A stretch of 64,000 nucleotides of DNA from an uncultured Verrucomicrobia subdivision 3 bacterium (GTDB lineage: Bacteria; Verrucomicrobiota; Verrucomicrobiia; Limisphaerales; UBA11358). Under the pieces are notes generated by a model that worked only from the letters and a program-made list of their open reading frames with translations, searched no databases and had not been told where the DNA came from. The stretch is taken from the NCBI GenBank assembly GCA_903827955.1, contig CAIKKJ010000061.1:5788-69787 (forward strand), given 5' to 3'. Position numbers and translations under genes: made by a program. Positions 25,521 through 36,040 of this stretch are shown here, piece after piece (within the stretch, counting starts at the first letter, position 1; every line of letters begins with the position of its first letter).

Positions 25521-27113
25521 CTAATTTGGACGGTAATCGAAGTAATCAAAATCCGCCCCAAGGGCGTTATCCTTCAAATCCTGGCAGCACAACCCGACAA
25601 ATGCGCCGGTGAAATGCAACGCCGTTCCGTAATCGTCAGAAAGTTTTGAGGCATCCAGCACCGGACCGATATTCCGCCACACCACGCCGTCGGGTGACGC
25701 GCTGAACTGCAGCTGTGCGTGATCAATCGCCGCGCGGAGGAATATTTGTTTCCAGTCATTGATGGCGATTTGTGAATCAGCCAGTTCGCCATAAGCCATG
25801 TCGTCGGTGAACACGATGCCAAGGATTTTGCCGAGCGTTTCGTGCTGCGAAACACGCAAGTAAAAATGCGTCCGCGTGTCATAGTAACAGATCAATCCCG
25901 CACTGTGCGCATAACATGCCGGAGAAAACTCCAGACACGTCTCCACCGTGACGCAGAAATGTTGCAACCGGCGGGCGACGAGACTTTGGTAAAAAAGTGA
26001 ATGTTGCGAATCGCGTCCGCGCAGGCGCAGCCAGCCGGGACGCGCCTTCAGCGAACACCAAGATTCCTCTATTGGCACGCGCAATGAACTCCAACGCGGG
26101 TCGAGTTTTTCGGAATTAAAATCATCGCGTTGCGGCAGGACCGGCCACGGATGCGGCGGAAGATTTTTTGGCGGCGTAACTTCTATCTGCGGTTTCGTTC
26201 CGCCCGCCGTGAGCCGGAGCCAGCCATCGCGCCACACGACTTTCTGGATGCACGTCTCGCGACCGAGCACGCAGCGACGATTTTTGCCAACACCAAGCGG
26301 ACGGCTCGCGAGATGTGCCAGATACCATTCGCCCGCTGGCGTCTCGACGAGTTCGCCATGTCCTGCTTTTTGCAACGGCCAGGAAACATCATCGCGCGAG
26401 CTTAACACCACGGACTCCGGATCCAGTTCGTAAGGGCCGAGAATGTTCCGCGAACGTGCCATCGAAACGCTGTGCGTCCAGCTGGTGCCGCCTTCGGCCA
26501 TCATCAGATAATACCAGCCGTCGCGCTGGTAAAGGTTCGGGCCCTCGCACAAAATATTTTTCTTCTGCAAAATTTTTGACTGCGCGCCGACCAGTTTTTT
26601 CGCACGCGGGTCATATTCCTGAATGACGATGCCGGCGAACCGCTCGACGCCCTGATTGCGAAAATCCCATTCCATATTCACGAGCCATTTGCGTCCATCA
26701 GCGTCGTGAAAGAGCGACGGGTCAAAGCCGATATTGTTCAGCACCACCGGATCGCTCCACGGGCCGGAAATATCTTTTGCCGTCGTCAGAAAAATTCCGC
26801 AATCCTTGAACGGCCGGCCCATGCCGGTCTGCCGGATGTTCGTGTAGATGAGCCAGAATTGTCCGTCCGCATAGCTCAAGCTCGGCGCCCACACGCCTGC
26901 CGAGTCCGCGATGCCGCGCAAATCGAGCTGCGACGTCCGCGTGAGCGCATGGCCGATGATCTGCCAATTCACGAGATCGCACGAGTGATGGATGGGCACG
27001 CCGGGAAACCATTCAAACGTGGAACTGGCAATGTAATAATCGTCACCGACACGGACAATTGACGGGTCGGGATAAAAGCCGGAAAGAACAGGGTTGCGGA
27101 TGACGTGGTTCAT
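25521..27113 (-). CDS. Glycoside hydrolase family 43 (beta-xylosidase/alpha-L-arabinofuranosidase-like) with C-terminal beta-sandwich domain
   Basis: NPVLSGFYPDPSIVRVGDDYYIASSTFEWFPGVPIHHSCDLVNW...WAPSLSY...GFDPSLFHD...EGP.. are typical GH43 XynB-like motifs. 530 aa. Confidence 0.85.
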   Translation of the reverse strand: MNHVIRNPVLSGFYPDPSIVRVGDDYYIASSTFEWFPGVPIHHSCDLVNWQIIGHALTRTSQLDLRGIADSAGVWAPSLSYADGQFWLIYTNIRQTGMGRPFKDCGIFLTTAKDISGPWSDPVVLNNIGFDPSLFHDADGRKWLVNMEWDFRNQGVERFAGIVIQEYDPRAKKLVGAQSKILQKKNILCEGPNLYQRDGWYYLMMAEGGTSWTHSVSMARSRNILGPYELDPESVVLSSRDDVSWPLQKAGHGELVETPAGEWYLAHLASRPLGVGKNRRCVLGRETCIQKVVWRDGWLRLTAGGTKPQIEVTPPKNLPPHPWPVLPQRDDFNSEKLDPRWSSLRVPIEESWCSLKARPGWLRLRGRDSQHSLFYQSLVARRLQHFCVTVETCLEFSPACYAHSAGLICYYDTRTHFYLRVSQHETLGKILGIVFTDDMAYGELADSQIAINDWKQIFLRAAIDHAQLQFSASPDGVVWRNIGPVLDASKLSDDYGTALHFTGAFVGLCCQDLKDNALGADFDYFDYRPN

Positions 27114-28453
27114 TTTTCCAAAATTAGATGCGTTGCGGTATCGCCTTTGAAGCCGTTGATTTTAAAGCCAGTCACGCCTTCCGCCAGCACCGCGTTCTGA
27201 AAATATGCCGGGCTGTTGGTCGCCCAACTCACTGCGCAATTGGTCAAAGTGACATTGTCAACGAAGCGCAGATTAAAAGCATCCATCGCGTGCGGTTCGA
27301 TGGGACTTAGCACTTTCGTTGGGCGGTTGTCATAAACCTCGCCGGGATATTTTGTCCAGCGAGTGAAACTCACCGCCACATTTTCCAGCTGCACATTTTG
27401 GATGCGGCTGTCGGCGCTGCCGTTGATGCGCACGCTATTCTCCGCAGTGCCGGAAACATTCTGCACCAACACATCGTGCAATTTTCCAATCCTAGTCTCC
27501 GCGTTGCGCGGATGCGCCGTGAAGGAAATCGCCTCGCCCCTACCCCACCACGGATCGCTGTGGTAGCGCGAAACAAACTGGATATCGCGAAACGTCACGC
27601 GTGAAATCTCGCCTTCGTCGCGCAACTGGATGCACAAGCCGCGGCTGCTGGAAACAATTTTGCAGCGCTCGAACAAAATGTCATGGATGTCGCCGACGGT
27701 TTCCGTGCCGATTTTCAAGCCGGCGTCTTGCGTCAGGATTTTGCAATCGTGGACGTGGATGTTTGCACACGCGCCAAAATCATTTGTCTGCCGCGTGGAT
27801 TTGATGACGATGGCGTCGTCGCCGCAGGTGAGATTGCAGTTTTTGATTTCCACGTTGCGGCAATGGTCGGGATCAATGCCGTCATCGTTCGGCACGTCGA
27901 GGCGGTTTTTTACGGTGACGTTTTCCACCAAAACATTTTCGCAGCCGAGCATGTGCAAACCCCAGAACGGCGCGTCGCTGAACGTGAGGTCGCGCACCAC
28001 GAGATTCGTGCAGCCGGTCAGCACGAACATTTTTGGCCGCCATTCCTTGAAGAGCCACCATTCGTCCGCCGCGTCGTAGCTGGTCATGAATTCCAGCGAG
28101 CGACCACTGATTTTTCCGCTGCCGGTGATTTTCAGATTCGGCGCGTTGGACGCCACAAGGACGCCATCGCTGGAATAATCCGCCGGGTTTGTGCTGATGA
28201 TAAGTTCGCCGTTCAGGCGAAAATCAATCCCGCTCTTCAATTGCAGCGTGCCGGTGAGAAATGTCCACCAGCGCGGAATCACCACGCGGCCATTCGGCGT
28301 GGCGGCGGCGGCATCAATCGCGCGCTGAATCGCCAGCGTGTCGAGCGTCACGCCGTCGCCCTTCGCGCCGAAATCCAGCACGTTGAAATCTTTTGCCGTC
28401 AGTGAAAAATTCACCAACAGCAGTGCGCCGCAAAAAATCAGAGTTCGTTTCAT
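27110..28453 (-). CDS. Glycoside hydrolase family 28 / pectate-lyase-fold protein (polygalacturonase-like)
   Basis: Signal peptide. FNVLDFGAKGDGVTLDTLAIQRAIDAA, NDDGIDPD, CGDDAIVIKS and GLKIGTE are parallel beta-helix GH28-type motifs. 4-nt overlap with the GH43 gene. Confidence 0.8.
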   Translation of the reverse strand: MKRTLIFCGALLLVNFSLTAKDFNVLDFGAKGDGVTLDTLAIQRAIDAAAATPNGRVVIPRWWTFLTGTLQLKSGIDFRLNGELIISTNPADYSSDGVLVASNAPNLKITGSGKISGRSLEFMTSYDAADEWWLFKEWRPKMFVLTGCTNLVVRDLTFSDAPFWGLHMLGCENVLVENVTVKNRLDVPNDDGIDPDHCRNVEIKNCNLTCGDDAIVIKSTRQTNDFGACANIHVHDCKILTQDAGLKIGTETVGDIHDILFERCKIVSSSRGLCIQLRDEGEISRVTFRDIQFVSRYHSDPWWGRGEAISFTAHPRNAETRIGKLHDVLVQNVSGTAENSVRINGSADSRIQNVQLENVAVSFTRWTKYPGEVYDNRPTKVLSPIEPHAMDAFNLRFVDNVTLTNCAVSWATNSPAYFQNAVLAEGVTGFKINGFKGDTATHLILEK

Positions 28454-28459
28454 GGAAAT

Positions 28460-29587
28460 TTACTTCACCGCCACGTCCCACACCTTGGAACGGCGCGCTT
28501 TGCCCGCCGGGCCGGCGACATCCAGCACCACGACGTAATGATCCGGCTTCTGGTAAGTGTGAATCGGATTCGGTTCCGCCGAAACCTCGCCATCGCCGAA
28601 ATCCCAGTGCCACGTTTTGATTTCGCCCGCCGACAAATCCTTGAACGCCACCGTGCGTTTCGCTTCGTCCAGCAGTTGCCACGACCAGTTGGCCGCGATC
28701 GGTTTCACGAACTGCGGTTCCAGCGGCATCAACTGGAACAGGCACAGTTGATCCGCCTGCCCATACATCGTGTGATGCCGTGAAAGATTCCAGAAGCCGT
28801 TGTTCGTGTCGCCGGAATGCGCGTCGTCGTAATCAATCAGCGCGTAACTCATGCCGATGAGCTTGTTTTCTTTCAGCACCGATTCCACCGCGCGTTGCGG
28901 GCCCTCGGCGCCGGCGTAATCAAACGGTGTAATCCAAAATTCCAGCACATAATGTCCGCGCTCGCCCGGTTGAAATGAAAATTTCTGCGCTGCGTTCGCG
29001 TAAGGCAATTGCTTAATCCACTGCATCGGCCCCCACGCCATGCACCAGTCCTTGTCTTTCGCGGGAGTAAAGATGTGGTAATTCTGCGCATGCGTGCCGT
29101 GCAGCGTGAAATACGTTTCCCACTGGCCAATGATCGGTTTCGCGGGCGAAAACTTCTCAATCAGCGGGCCGCCCGACAGGTCGCCGTCCACGACCAGCTC
29201 AAAGGTGTCATTATGCAGACCCAGTTCGGAAAAATCCCAATAGTCATCGTCCGCTTCATACAGAAAATACAGCCGGTTCAGCCCTTTCACCCAGCCGCAC
29301 TTCACACGCACCTGCGGCGTGCTCGCATCCGTCACCTGATGCTTCCCAAAATCCTCCACGAACTGCGTCGAAGTGATGACATAGCTCTCGGGCACGCAAT
29401 TCCAGTCATTCGTATCGCCGTCAATGCGCGGGATTTGGTCGGCGGGAAACTGGAAAATTTTGAAAACCTCGTTCGTGCGGTCAAACGCCCGACTGTTCGT
29501 CGCACTCAACACGACGAACGCGCTGACTAGATAAAGCAAAGTTCGGTTCACACGCTGAATTGCGCCACGTTTGCGCGGCGGAGTCAA
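28460..29587 (-). CDS. Secreted CBM9-like carbohydrate-binding protein with C-terminal PKD domain
   Basis: PRIDGDTNDWNCVP... is a CBM9/DOMON-like opening. The C-terminal WHWDFGDGEVSAEPNPIHTYQKPDHYVVVLDV is a PKD signature. Confidence 0.75.
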   Translation of the reverse strand: MTPPRKRGAIQRVNRTLLYLVSAFVVLSATNSRAFDRTNEVFKIFQFPADQIPRIDGDTNDWNCVPESYVITSTQFVEDFGKHQVTDASTPQVRVKCGWVKGLNRLYFLYEADDDYWDFSELGLHNDTFELVVDGDLSGGPLIEKFSPAKPIIGQWETYFTLHGTHAQNYHIFTPAKDKDWCMAWGPMQWIKQLPYANAAQKFSFQPGERGHYVLEFWITPFDYAGAEGPQRAVESVLKENKLIGMSYALIDYDDAHSGDTNNGFWNLSRHHTMYGQADQLCLFQLMPLEPQFVKPIAANWSWQLLDEAKRTVAFKDLSAGEIKTWHWDFGDGEVSAEPNPIHTYQKPDHYVVVLDVAGPAGKARRSKVWDVAVK

Positions 29588-29665
29588 TTTTGGATTTATT
29601 CAGAAAGATTTTTCTAACAACTTCGCTTGTCGCACGTCATATATTTTGTTGCTATCACTCACACC

Positions 29666-31156
29666 ATGAAAACTTTCCTGGCCTTGCTGGCCCTTTCCGT
29701 GACCGTCGCCGCGCTGGCCGAACCGGCGCTCACTATTTATAATCAGAACTTTGCCGTCGTGCGCGACTCCGTGCCGCTCGACTTGCAGGCGGGGGCCAAC
29801 GTCGTGCGCTATCCAGGTGCCACGGCGCAAGTGGAGCCCGATTCGGTGATTCTCCGCGATCCGGCAGGGAAACATTCGTTGCAAATCCTCGAGCAAAATT
29901 ACCGCAACGATCCGGTCAACGAATCGTTGCTGTTGTCGTTGTTCGAAGGCAAGGAGATCAATTTCATCAAGGAAGAGACCCAGAATAATTCCACCTCGCA
30001 GCGCGTCATCCGCGGCAAAGTCATCCGCAGCGGCCACGTTCCCGGCGGCGAACCGCAGGCACCCATCATCGAAGTGAACGGCCAACTTCAGTTCTCGTTG
30101 CCAGGCGAACCCCGGTTCTCTGATCTCGGCGACGATACCATTCTGAAACCCGCGTTTAACTGGCTGCTACAATCCGACAAACCGGGCAAGTTCGATGCGG
30201 AAGTGGGCTATGTCACCGGCGGCTTCGACTGGAGCGCGAGTTACAATCTGGTTTCGCCGGAAAAAGGCGACCAATGCGACCTCACCGGTTGGATCACGAT
30301 GAATAATCAGAGTGGAAAAACATTTACCGATGCGAGAATCAAATTGCTGGCGGGGGATGTGAACAAAATCCAGCCAGGCGGCGGTGGCGGCGGTGGCGGC
30401 AGCTACAAAATGCGGGCATTCGCCATGCCTATGACTGTCAATGCGCCGGCTGTGAGTGAAAAATCATTTGATGAGTTCCATCTTTATTCCATTGCGCGCC
30501 CAACCACGCTGCATGATCGCGAAACCAAACAAGTGGAGTTTGTCCGCGCCGAAAAAATGTATGCCCCGACGATTTATGTTTATGACGGAGCCGAGCAGTA
30601 TCGCTTCTACGGATTAAACTACGACCAAAACTTTGGCAACTCGGACAACAAAAAAATCATCATCCAGCGCGAATTCAAAAATGCGGAGACCAATCAGCTA
30701 GGCATCGCCCTGCCCGCCGGCAAGCTGCGCTTCTATCGCCGCGACAGCGAGGGCCAGTTGCAATTCGTGGGTGAAAACACCATTGACCACACGCCGCGCA
30801 ACGAAACCGTGCGCGTGACCACCGGCAATGCCTTTGATCTCGTTGGCGAACGGAAGCAGACGGATTTTAAGGTGAACATTTTCAGCGGCGTTATTAACCC
30901 CCAAACCGGCCTGCCCATGACGGCCAGCGGCACGCCATGGATTGATGAGACGTTTGAGATCAAGCTCCGCAACCACAAGAAGACGGAAGCCGTGGAAATC
31001 CGCGTGGTCGAACATCTTTACCGGTGGAGCAATTGGGAAATCACCAAACATTCCGACGACTTCGTGAAGAAAGATGCGCAAACCATCGAGTTCCGCATCC
31101 CCGTCAAGCCCGACGAAGAAAAAACCGTCACCTACACCGTGCATTACTCGTGGTAA
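29666..31156 (+). CDS. DUF4139-domain protein (secreted)
   Basis: Start taken at ATG 29666 (MKTFLALLALSVTVAALA). LTIYNQNFAVVRDSVPLDL...AQVEPDSVILRD... and the C-terminal pattern are typical of the DUF4139 family. Contains a G7 linker. Confidence 0.8.
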   Translation: MKTFLALLALSVTVAALAEPALTIYNQNFAVVRDSVPLDLQAGANVVRYPGATAQVEPDSVILRDPAGKHSLQILEQNYRNDPVNESLLLSLFEGKEINFIKEETQNNSTSQRVIRGKVIRSGHVPGGEPQAPIIEVNGQLQFSLPGEPRFSDLGDDTILKPAFNWLLQSDKPGKFDAEVGYVTGGFDWSASYNLVSPEKGDQCDLTGWITMNNQSGKTFTDARIKLLAGDVNKIQPGGGGGGGGSYKMRAFAMPMTVNAPAVSEKSFDEFHLYSIARPTTLHDRETKQVEFVRAEKMYAPTIYVYDGAEQYRFYGLNYDQNFGNSDNKKIIIQREFKNAETNQLGIALPAGKLRFYRRDSEGQLQFVGENTIDHTPRNETVRVTTGNAFDLVGERKQTDFKVNIFSGVINPQTGLPMTASGTPWIDETFEIKLRNHKKTEAVEIRVVEHLYRWSNWEITKHSDDFVKKDAQTIEFRIPVKPDEEKTVTYTVHYSW

Positions 31157-31186
31157 ATTTCAAAAATAACTAACCCCACCACCATT

Positions 31187-31660
31187 ATGAAGCCCTTAAA
31201 CCCCGGCATCCTCCTGCTCCTTGTTCTCGCCCTGGCCGGTTGCGCCGGTCGCCCGCACACGCAGTGCTGTAGCCCACTGCCGCCGCCGGTTTCAGTGCCG
31301 TGCTTTCCGGATGCACCGCCCGTTGCGGCGGTCAAACTGCTCACGATTTCCGCCAACGTGGATGGCAGCGGGCGGATGGTCTTCACCGACCACGAGGCAC
31401 GATATGAACATCTGAACTGGTCGCCGCCCACGCACGTCTTGGTAGATGGCCAACCGTGGGAATCGTTGGAAAAAGCTTTTTCCGACTGGCCGCGTATCCG
31501 CGACGGGCTGGATTTGTCCCGCGCGTGGATTGTAAAACGGGCCGGCCGTGATGTCATCGCGCTCGAACCGACGCCGGAGGGATTTAACCTTTACCTCGAC
31601 GACTCGCCGAACGGCTCTGCGGATTACTCAATCACGATTGCCATTCCGCGCCGCAACTGA
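31187..31660 (+). CDS. Hypothetical lipoprotein
   Basis: Lipobox LVLALAGC|A. 157 aa, directly downstream of the DUF4139 gene. No family recognised. Confidence 0.7.
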   Translation: MKPLNPGILLLLVLALAGCAGRPHTQCCSPLPPPVSVPCFPDAPPVAAVKLLTISANVDGSGRMVFTDHEARYEHLNWSPPTHVLVDGQPWESLEKAFSDWPRIRDGLDLSRAWIVKRAGRDVIALEPTPEGFNLYLDDSPNGSADYSITIAIPRRN

Positions 31661-31692
31661 ATCATCATCGCGGGTCGCAAAACAAGCCGCAA

Positions 31693-34600
31693 TTAATTCG
31701 CCACTGCCGTCTCCAGATTGCCTGAGGGCAACTGCGGTTGCTGTTCGTTGGCTTTGTGGAACTTCACGCTCACAAGCTTGCTGATGCCGTGTTCTTGCAT
31801 CGTCACGCCGTAAAGCACGTCGGCCATGCCGATGGTGCGCTTGTTGTGCGTGATAATGATGAACTGTGAATGCACGAGGAACCGCTGCAAAATTTTCACG
31901 AAGCGAATGACATTGGATTCGTCCAGCGGCGCATCCAATTCGTCCAGCACACAAAACGGACTCGGCTTCACCTGATAAATCGAGAACAGCAGCGACACGG
32001 CCACCATCGTCTGCTCGCCGCCGGACAGCAGCGAGATGCTTTGCAACTGTTTTCCCGGCGGACGCGCGACAATCTCGATGCCGGATTCCAACACGTCATT
32101 TTCGTCGGACAACACCAAGTCCGCCTTGCCGCCGCCAAAGACATCCACAAACATCGCCCGGAAATTGTCGCGGATCTTCTCAAACGTTTCCTTGAACATC
32201 ACCTGCGTCTGCGTGTTGATGCGATTGATGATTTCCAGCAACTGTGTTTTGGCGTTCACCAAGTCATCGTGCTGCGTGGTAAGAAATTGGTGGCGCTGCT
32301 CGGTCTCTTCGTATTCCTCGATGGCCACCAGATTCACCGGCCCCATCTCATCCAATTTGGTTTGCAGCTCCAAAACTTGCTGACCAATCGCATTCCAATC
32401 CGTGCCCACGCCGCTTTCTGCCATTTGCTCCGGTGTCAGCGTTTCAATCTTCGCCGGCCCTTCCTCGGCATGCGTGATGGTGATGCATTCGCTGCGGATA
32501 TCTTCAAGATTCAGGTGATATTTCTGCTGCACCTTTTCGCGCAAATTTTGAACTGTCATGTTTTTCTGCGCCAATTCCACATCAAGCGCGCCGCGCTGAT
32601 TCTGAATTTCCATCAACCGACTGCGTTGTGCGCGCAACGTCTCGTCGCGCCCGGAAATTTCGCCTTCCTGCGTATTTTTCAGCCCGATAATTTCCGCCGT
32701 CTGCGCACTCACTTGCTCGCGCTCGTGCTTGAGCGCGTCAATCTTCGCCTGGGACTCAAGAATCTCTGACTCCGCCTGCTCTTTGCGCGATACAAACGAA
32801 GAGCATTCGCGGCGCCGCGCCTCAACGAGCTGGCTCAATTCACTGATGCGGTAACCAAGTGACGTTGTTTGCTGGCGGAACGACGACGCAAGCTGTTCGT
32901 CCGAAGCCAGCGCAACTTTGCTTTCGGAGAGCGCCGCTATCGCTGCATCGCGGGACTGGCGAAGATTTTCCAATTCCACCGTAAGCGCGGCAACCTGCTC
33001 CTGCGCGATGCGTTCACGCGCTTCCAGTTCGTTCAAGCGTGCGTCGAGCGCATCGCGTTTCTGCATACCTTCTGCCTCCTGCGCCGCGAGGCTCTGAACT
33101 TCATACACGACGGTCTCAACTTTCTGGTTGATGAGCCGCGAGGAATTTTGCAGCGCCTTGAATTCGCCCTCGCGCGTGGCGATGGCCACTTCCTGCTGGC
33201 GCAATTCCGTCTGCGCCTGCTGCAAACTGGCCTGCAATTCCGTCTGCTCGCTCAAAAGTGCACCGCGCCGCTTGCTCGCCTCTTCAACGCGCTCCTGCAG
33301 TTCGGACAACTCCGCCTGCAGTTCGGTAATCTGGTTTTTGCGGCCGAGAATGGACGACGGCGCTTTGCCGTTGTGCCCTTTGTTGAGATAACCGCCCGTG
33401 TAAATGCCGTGGCGGTTCAGCAATTCGCCGCCCATCGTCACAAAGTCGCAACCCGCGTGACCGTTTTGGATTTGCGCCGTCGCCGTGGGCAAATCCGCCG
33501 CGATGAACGTGCGACCGAGCAATGATTTCAACAGCGCCTCCACGTTCGGCTCGGCGTGGATCACACTCATCGCATGGACAATCTGGCCCGCCTGCAAACC
33601 GTGCTGCGCGGCTTCGCTCTTTTCGCCGGGAGCCATTTCGCCCACGAAAGAAAGTTGCTTCTCATCCTGATACTGCTGGATGGCGAGTGCGGCGACGCTG
33701 GCGCGGCCGGATTTGTTCGTGTTCAGTTCCGCCAAAATTTCCTGTGCGCTCGCGGGCTGTTCGGTGAGCACCAGTTGCAGGTTATGGCCCAGCGCGTTTT
33801 CTACGGCGGTCACAAAATTATCCGGCACGCGGATGCGATCTGCGAGCGAGCCGATGACGGAACGCGACTGGCGTAACGCCGCGACTGCGCCCGCATCAAA
33901 ACCTTCGTGCGAACCTTCAAGCTGTTCGAGCACATGCAGCCGTGAGCGCTTCTCGGCCTGCTGCTGCAAAAATTTATCCTGTTCCTGCGACGAGGTGTGC
34001 AGCTCGCCCTGTAATTCGTGGAGGCGGTTTTGACGCTGCTCGACCGAGCCGCGCGTCGTGGCGACATTCAACTTTTCCACTTCGACGCTCACGGTGAATT
34101 CCTGCAGGCGCGATTCGAGCCGAACGCGCTCTTCTTCCAACTGGACTTTCTCGGCGGAAAGTTTTTCAAGTCGCACGAGGTTGCCCTGCTTCGCGAGGTC
34201 GAGCGCGGCAAGCTCGTTGCGGACGCGCGAAAGATCCTGCGCAGCGCTGAAGGCGGCGGCTTGAGCCTGACGCAAATTTTCCTGCTGTTGGCGCAGGCTG
34301 TCTTCGACTTCGCGCAGCGAATTCTGCTTGGTCTGCAATGTTTCCTTGTGCTGCGTCAGCGCCGCTTCGGCGACGGCGAGGCGTTCCGTGATGCTCGCGA
34401 GTTCTGCCTGCGCAGCCTGATGACGTTCCTCGGCCTGCGTGATGTCCGCCAGCGCTTTCGCGTTTTGCGATTCGATTTCGTGGATGCGTTCCTGATTAAA
34501 GTGGATGCGGCTCTCGTGGCGTTCGGCTTCACCTTTCAATTCCAACCCACGCTGCTGCTTTGCGGCAACTTCATGCTCCAACTCAGACAGGCGTTCGCGC

Positions 34601-35433
34601 AGTTGGGAGATTTCATTTTCAAATCGAAGAATGTCGTTTGAGCCGGTTTCGATTTCGTTGCGGAGATTTTCCACCGCCGTCTGGCGCTCGGCAATTTCAC
34701 CTTGCAGCACATCAAACTGATGCCGCGCAAGCTGCGTTTCGAGATGTTGAAGTTCTTGGGAAATCTGTTTATAGCGGCGCGCCTTGCCCGCCTGCCGTTG
34801 CAGCGAGCCAATCTGACGCTTCACTTCCTTGATGGTATCAGCGATGCGGAGGAGATTCTGCTCGGTGTATTCTAGTTTGCGCAGCGATTCTTTTTTCTGC
34901 GATTTGAATTTTGTGATGCCCGCCGCTTCCTCAAAAATCATCCGCCGGTCTTCCGGCTTGCTGGAAAGAATCTGCGTGATGTGGCCTTGTGCCAAAATGC
35001 TGTAACTCGTCCGGCCAATGCCCGTGCCCATGAACAGTTGCTGGATGTCTTTCAACCGGCACGGCGTGCGGTTGAGAAAATATTCACTGCCGCCGTCGCG
35101 AAAAATCCGGCGCGTCAAGGTCACTTCGTCGTAGGCGACTTCCACGCCTGCGGCTTTCAAACTTTCTTCACCGACGCCGCCAAGCGTGAGCGAGACCTCG
35201 CCCATGCCCATGGGCTTGCGACCGTCTGTGCCATTGAAAATCACATCGGCCATTTCGCCGCCGCGCAAGGCTTTGGCCGACTGCTCGCCGAGCACCCAGC
35301 GGATGGCGTCGGAGACGTTGGATTTGCCGCACCCATTCGGCCCGACGATGGCGGTAACGCCCGGCTGAAAGTTCAGCGCCGTCTTGTCCGCGAAGGACTT
35401 GAAACCGAAAACCGTGAGATTCTTGAGATACAT
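31693..35433 (-). CDS. smc: Chromosome segregation protein SMC
   Basis: Start taken at ATG 35433 ([39 protein letters not shown], Walker A). Long coiled coils, a hinge, and C-terminal [15 protein letters not shown]...[11 protein letters not shown]. Confidence 0.95.
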   Translation of the reverse strand: MYLKNLTVFGFKSFADKTALNFQPGVTAIVGPNGCGKSNVSDAIRWVLGEQSAKALRGGEMADVIFNGTDGRKPMGMGEVSLTLGGVGEESLKAAGVEVAYDEVTLTRRIFRDGGSEYFLNRTPCRLKDIQQLFMGTGIGRTSYSILAQGHITQILSSKPEDRRMIFEEAAGITKFKSQKKESLRKLEYTEQNLLRIADTIKEVKRQIGSLQRQAGKARRYKQISQELQHLETQLARHQFDVLQGEIAERQTAVENLRNEIETGSNDILRFENEISQLRERLSELEHEVAAKQQRGLELKGEAERHESRIHFNQERIHEIESQNAKALADITQAEERHQAAQAELASITERLAVAEAALTQHKETLQTKQNSLREVEDSLRQQQENLRQAQAAAFSAAQDLSRVRNELAALDLAKQGNLVRLEKLSAEKVQLEEERVRLESRLQEFTVSVEVEKLNVATTRGSVEQRQNRLHELQGELHTSSQEQDKFLQQQAEKRSRLHVLEQLEGSHEGFDAGAVAALRQSRSVIGSLADRIRVPDNFVTAVENALGHNLQLVLTEQPASAQEILAELNTNKSGRASVAALAIQQYQDEKQLSFVGEMAPGEKSEAAQHGLQAGQIVHAMSVIHAEPNVEALLKSLLGRTFIAADLPTATAQIQNGHAGCDFVTMGGELLNRHGIYTGGYLNKGHNGKAPSSILGRKNQITELQAELSELQERVEEASKRRGALLSEQTELQASLQQAQTELRQQEVAIATREGEFKALQNSSRLINQKVETVVYEVQSLAAQEAEGMQKRDALDARLNELEARERIAQEQVAALTVELENLRQSRDAAIAALSESKVALASDEQLASSFRQQTTSLGYRISELSQLVEARRRECSSFVSRKEQAESEILESQAKIDALKHEREQVSAQTAEIIGLKNTQEGEISGRDETLRAQRSRLMEIQNQRGALDVELAQKNMTVQNLREKVQQKYHLNLEDIRSECITITHAEEGPAKIETLTPEQMAESGVGTDWNAIGQQVLELQTKLDEMGPVNLVAIEEYEETEQRHQFLTTQHDDLVNAKTQLLEIINRINTQTQVMFKETFEKIRDNFRAMFVDVFGGGKADLVLSDENDVLESGIEIVARPPGKQLQSISLLSGGEQTMVAVSLLFSIYQVKPSPFCVLDELDAPLDESNVIRFVKILQRFLVHSQFIIITHNKRTIGMADVLYGVTMQEHGISKLVSVKFHKANEQQPQLPSGNLETAVAN

Positions 35434-35624
35434 AATTCGTGCTGGGTCTAGGCAACCAAAGCTGCCGTTTCGTGTAAAGCGGAAAACACAATATGTTGTG
35501 CACAACCTCGATTGTGGCGCAACTAATGGTGAGGAACCGTGGTTAGTCGTCGCGCCAAAACCGTCATTATTTCCGCATATAAACCCTTTTTACGCCTGAA
35601 ATTGAGACGGGTCAAATGGAATTT

Positions 35625-35870
35625 TCACCATTGTGACAACTCGGCGGGAATTATTGCAACGGGCTGAATTTCCACGTTGCGATAAAAAAGCTCCGCGCCT
35701 TCCGTCTGCAAAATAATTGCACCAGACATGAGTGGCGCGGCGGACTCGCCGTCAAGTCGTTGCGCGTGGTGCAATCGCATCACGACCTGCCAAGGCGCAT
35801 GGCGGCAAAGTTGGTCTTTGAAAATAAAATTCCGGCGAACAGAAGGATGACCGAGGACATGAATCGAGCC
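35625..35870 (-). pseudogene. Possible C-terminal fragment of a DUF1080 (3-keto-disaccharide hydrolase-like) gene
   Basis: The minus-strand frame reads ...RHAPWQVVMRLHHAQRLDGESAAPLMSGAIILQTEGAELFYRNVEIQPV...-stop (35625..35627). Compare the family pattern W..y.i...g..i.h.lNG.....G.I.LQ..G..v.FRNI.I. An in-frame stop lies ~80 codons upstream and there is no usable start. Confidence 0.25.
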
Positions 35871-36040
35871 TAGAACTGGGCTGAAAGTTGCTCAATCGAA
35901 TAGTAGTTCCGGCTACACCAGTCGCCGGCAGGCGGGATGCGCATAAGGGTTTTCCCTATGCTTGATAATGATATTACAGCATCCGCAATCAGGCGGCGCA
36001 CCAATTGTATATTGTCACCGAGTGGCCTTAAATTGTCGGC

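Noticed and set aside
30372-30398. GGC/GGT tandem triplet run
   Set aside because: It is simply an in-frame poly-Gly linker (PGGGGGGGS) inside the DUF4139 protein. It is not a CRISPR or satellite repeat.
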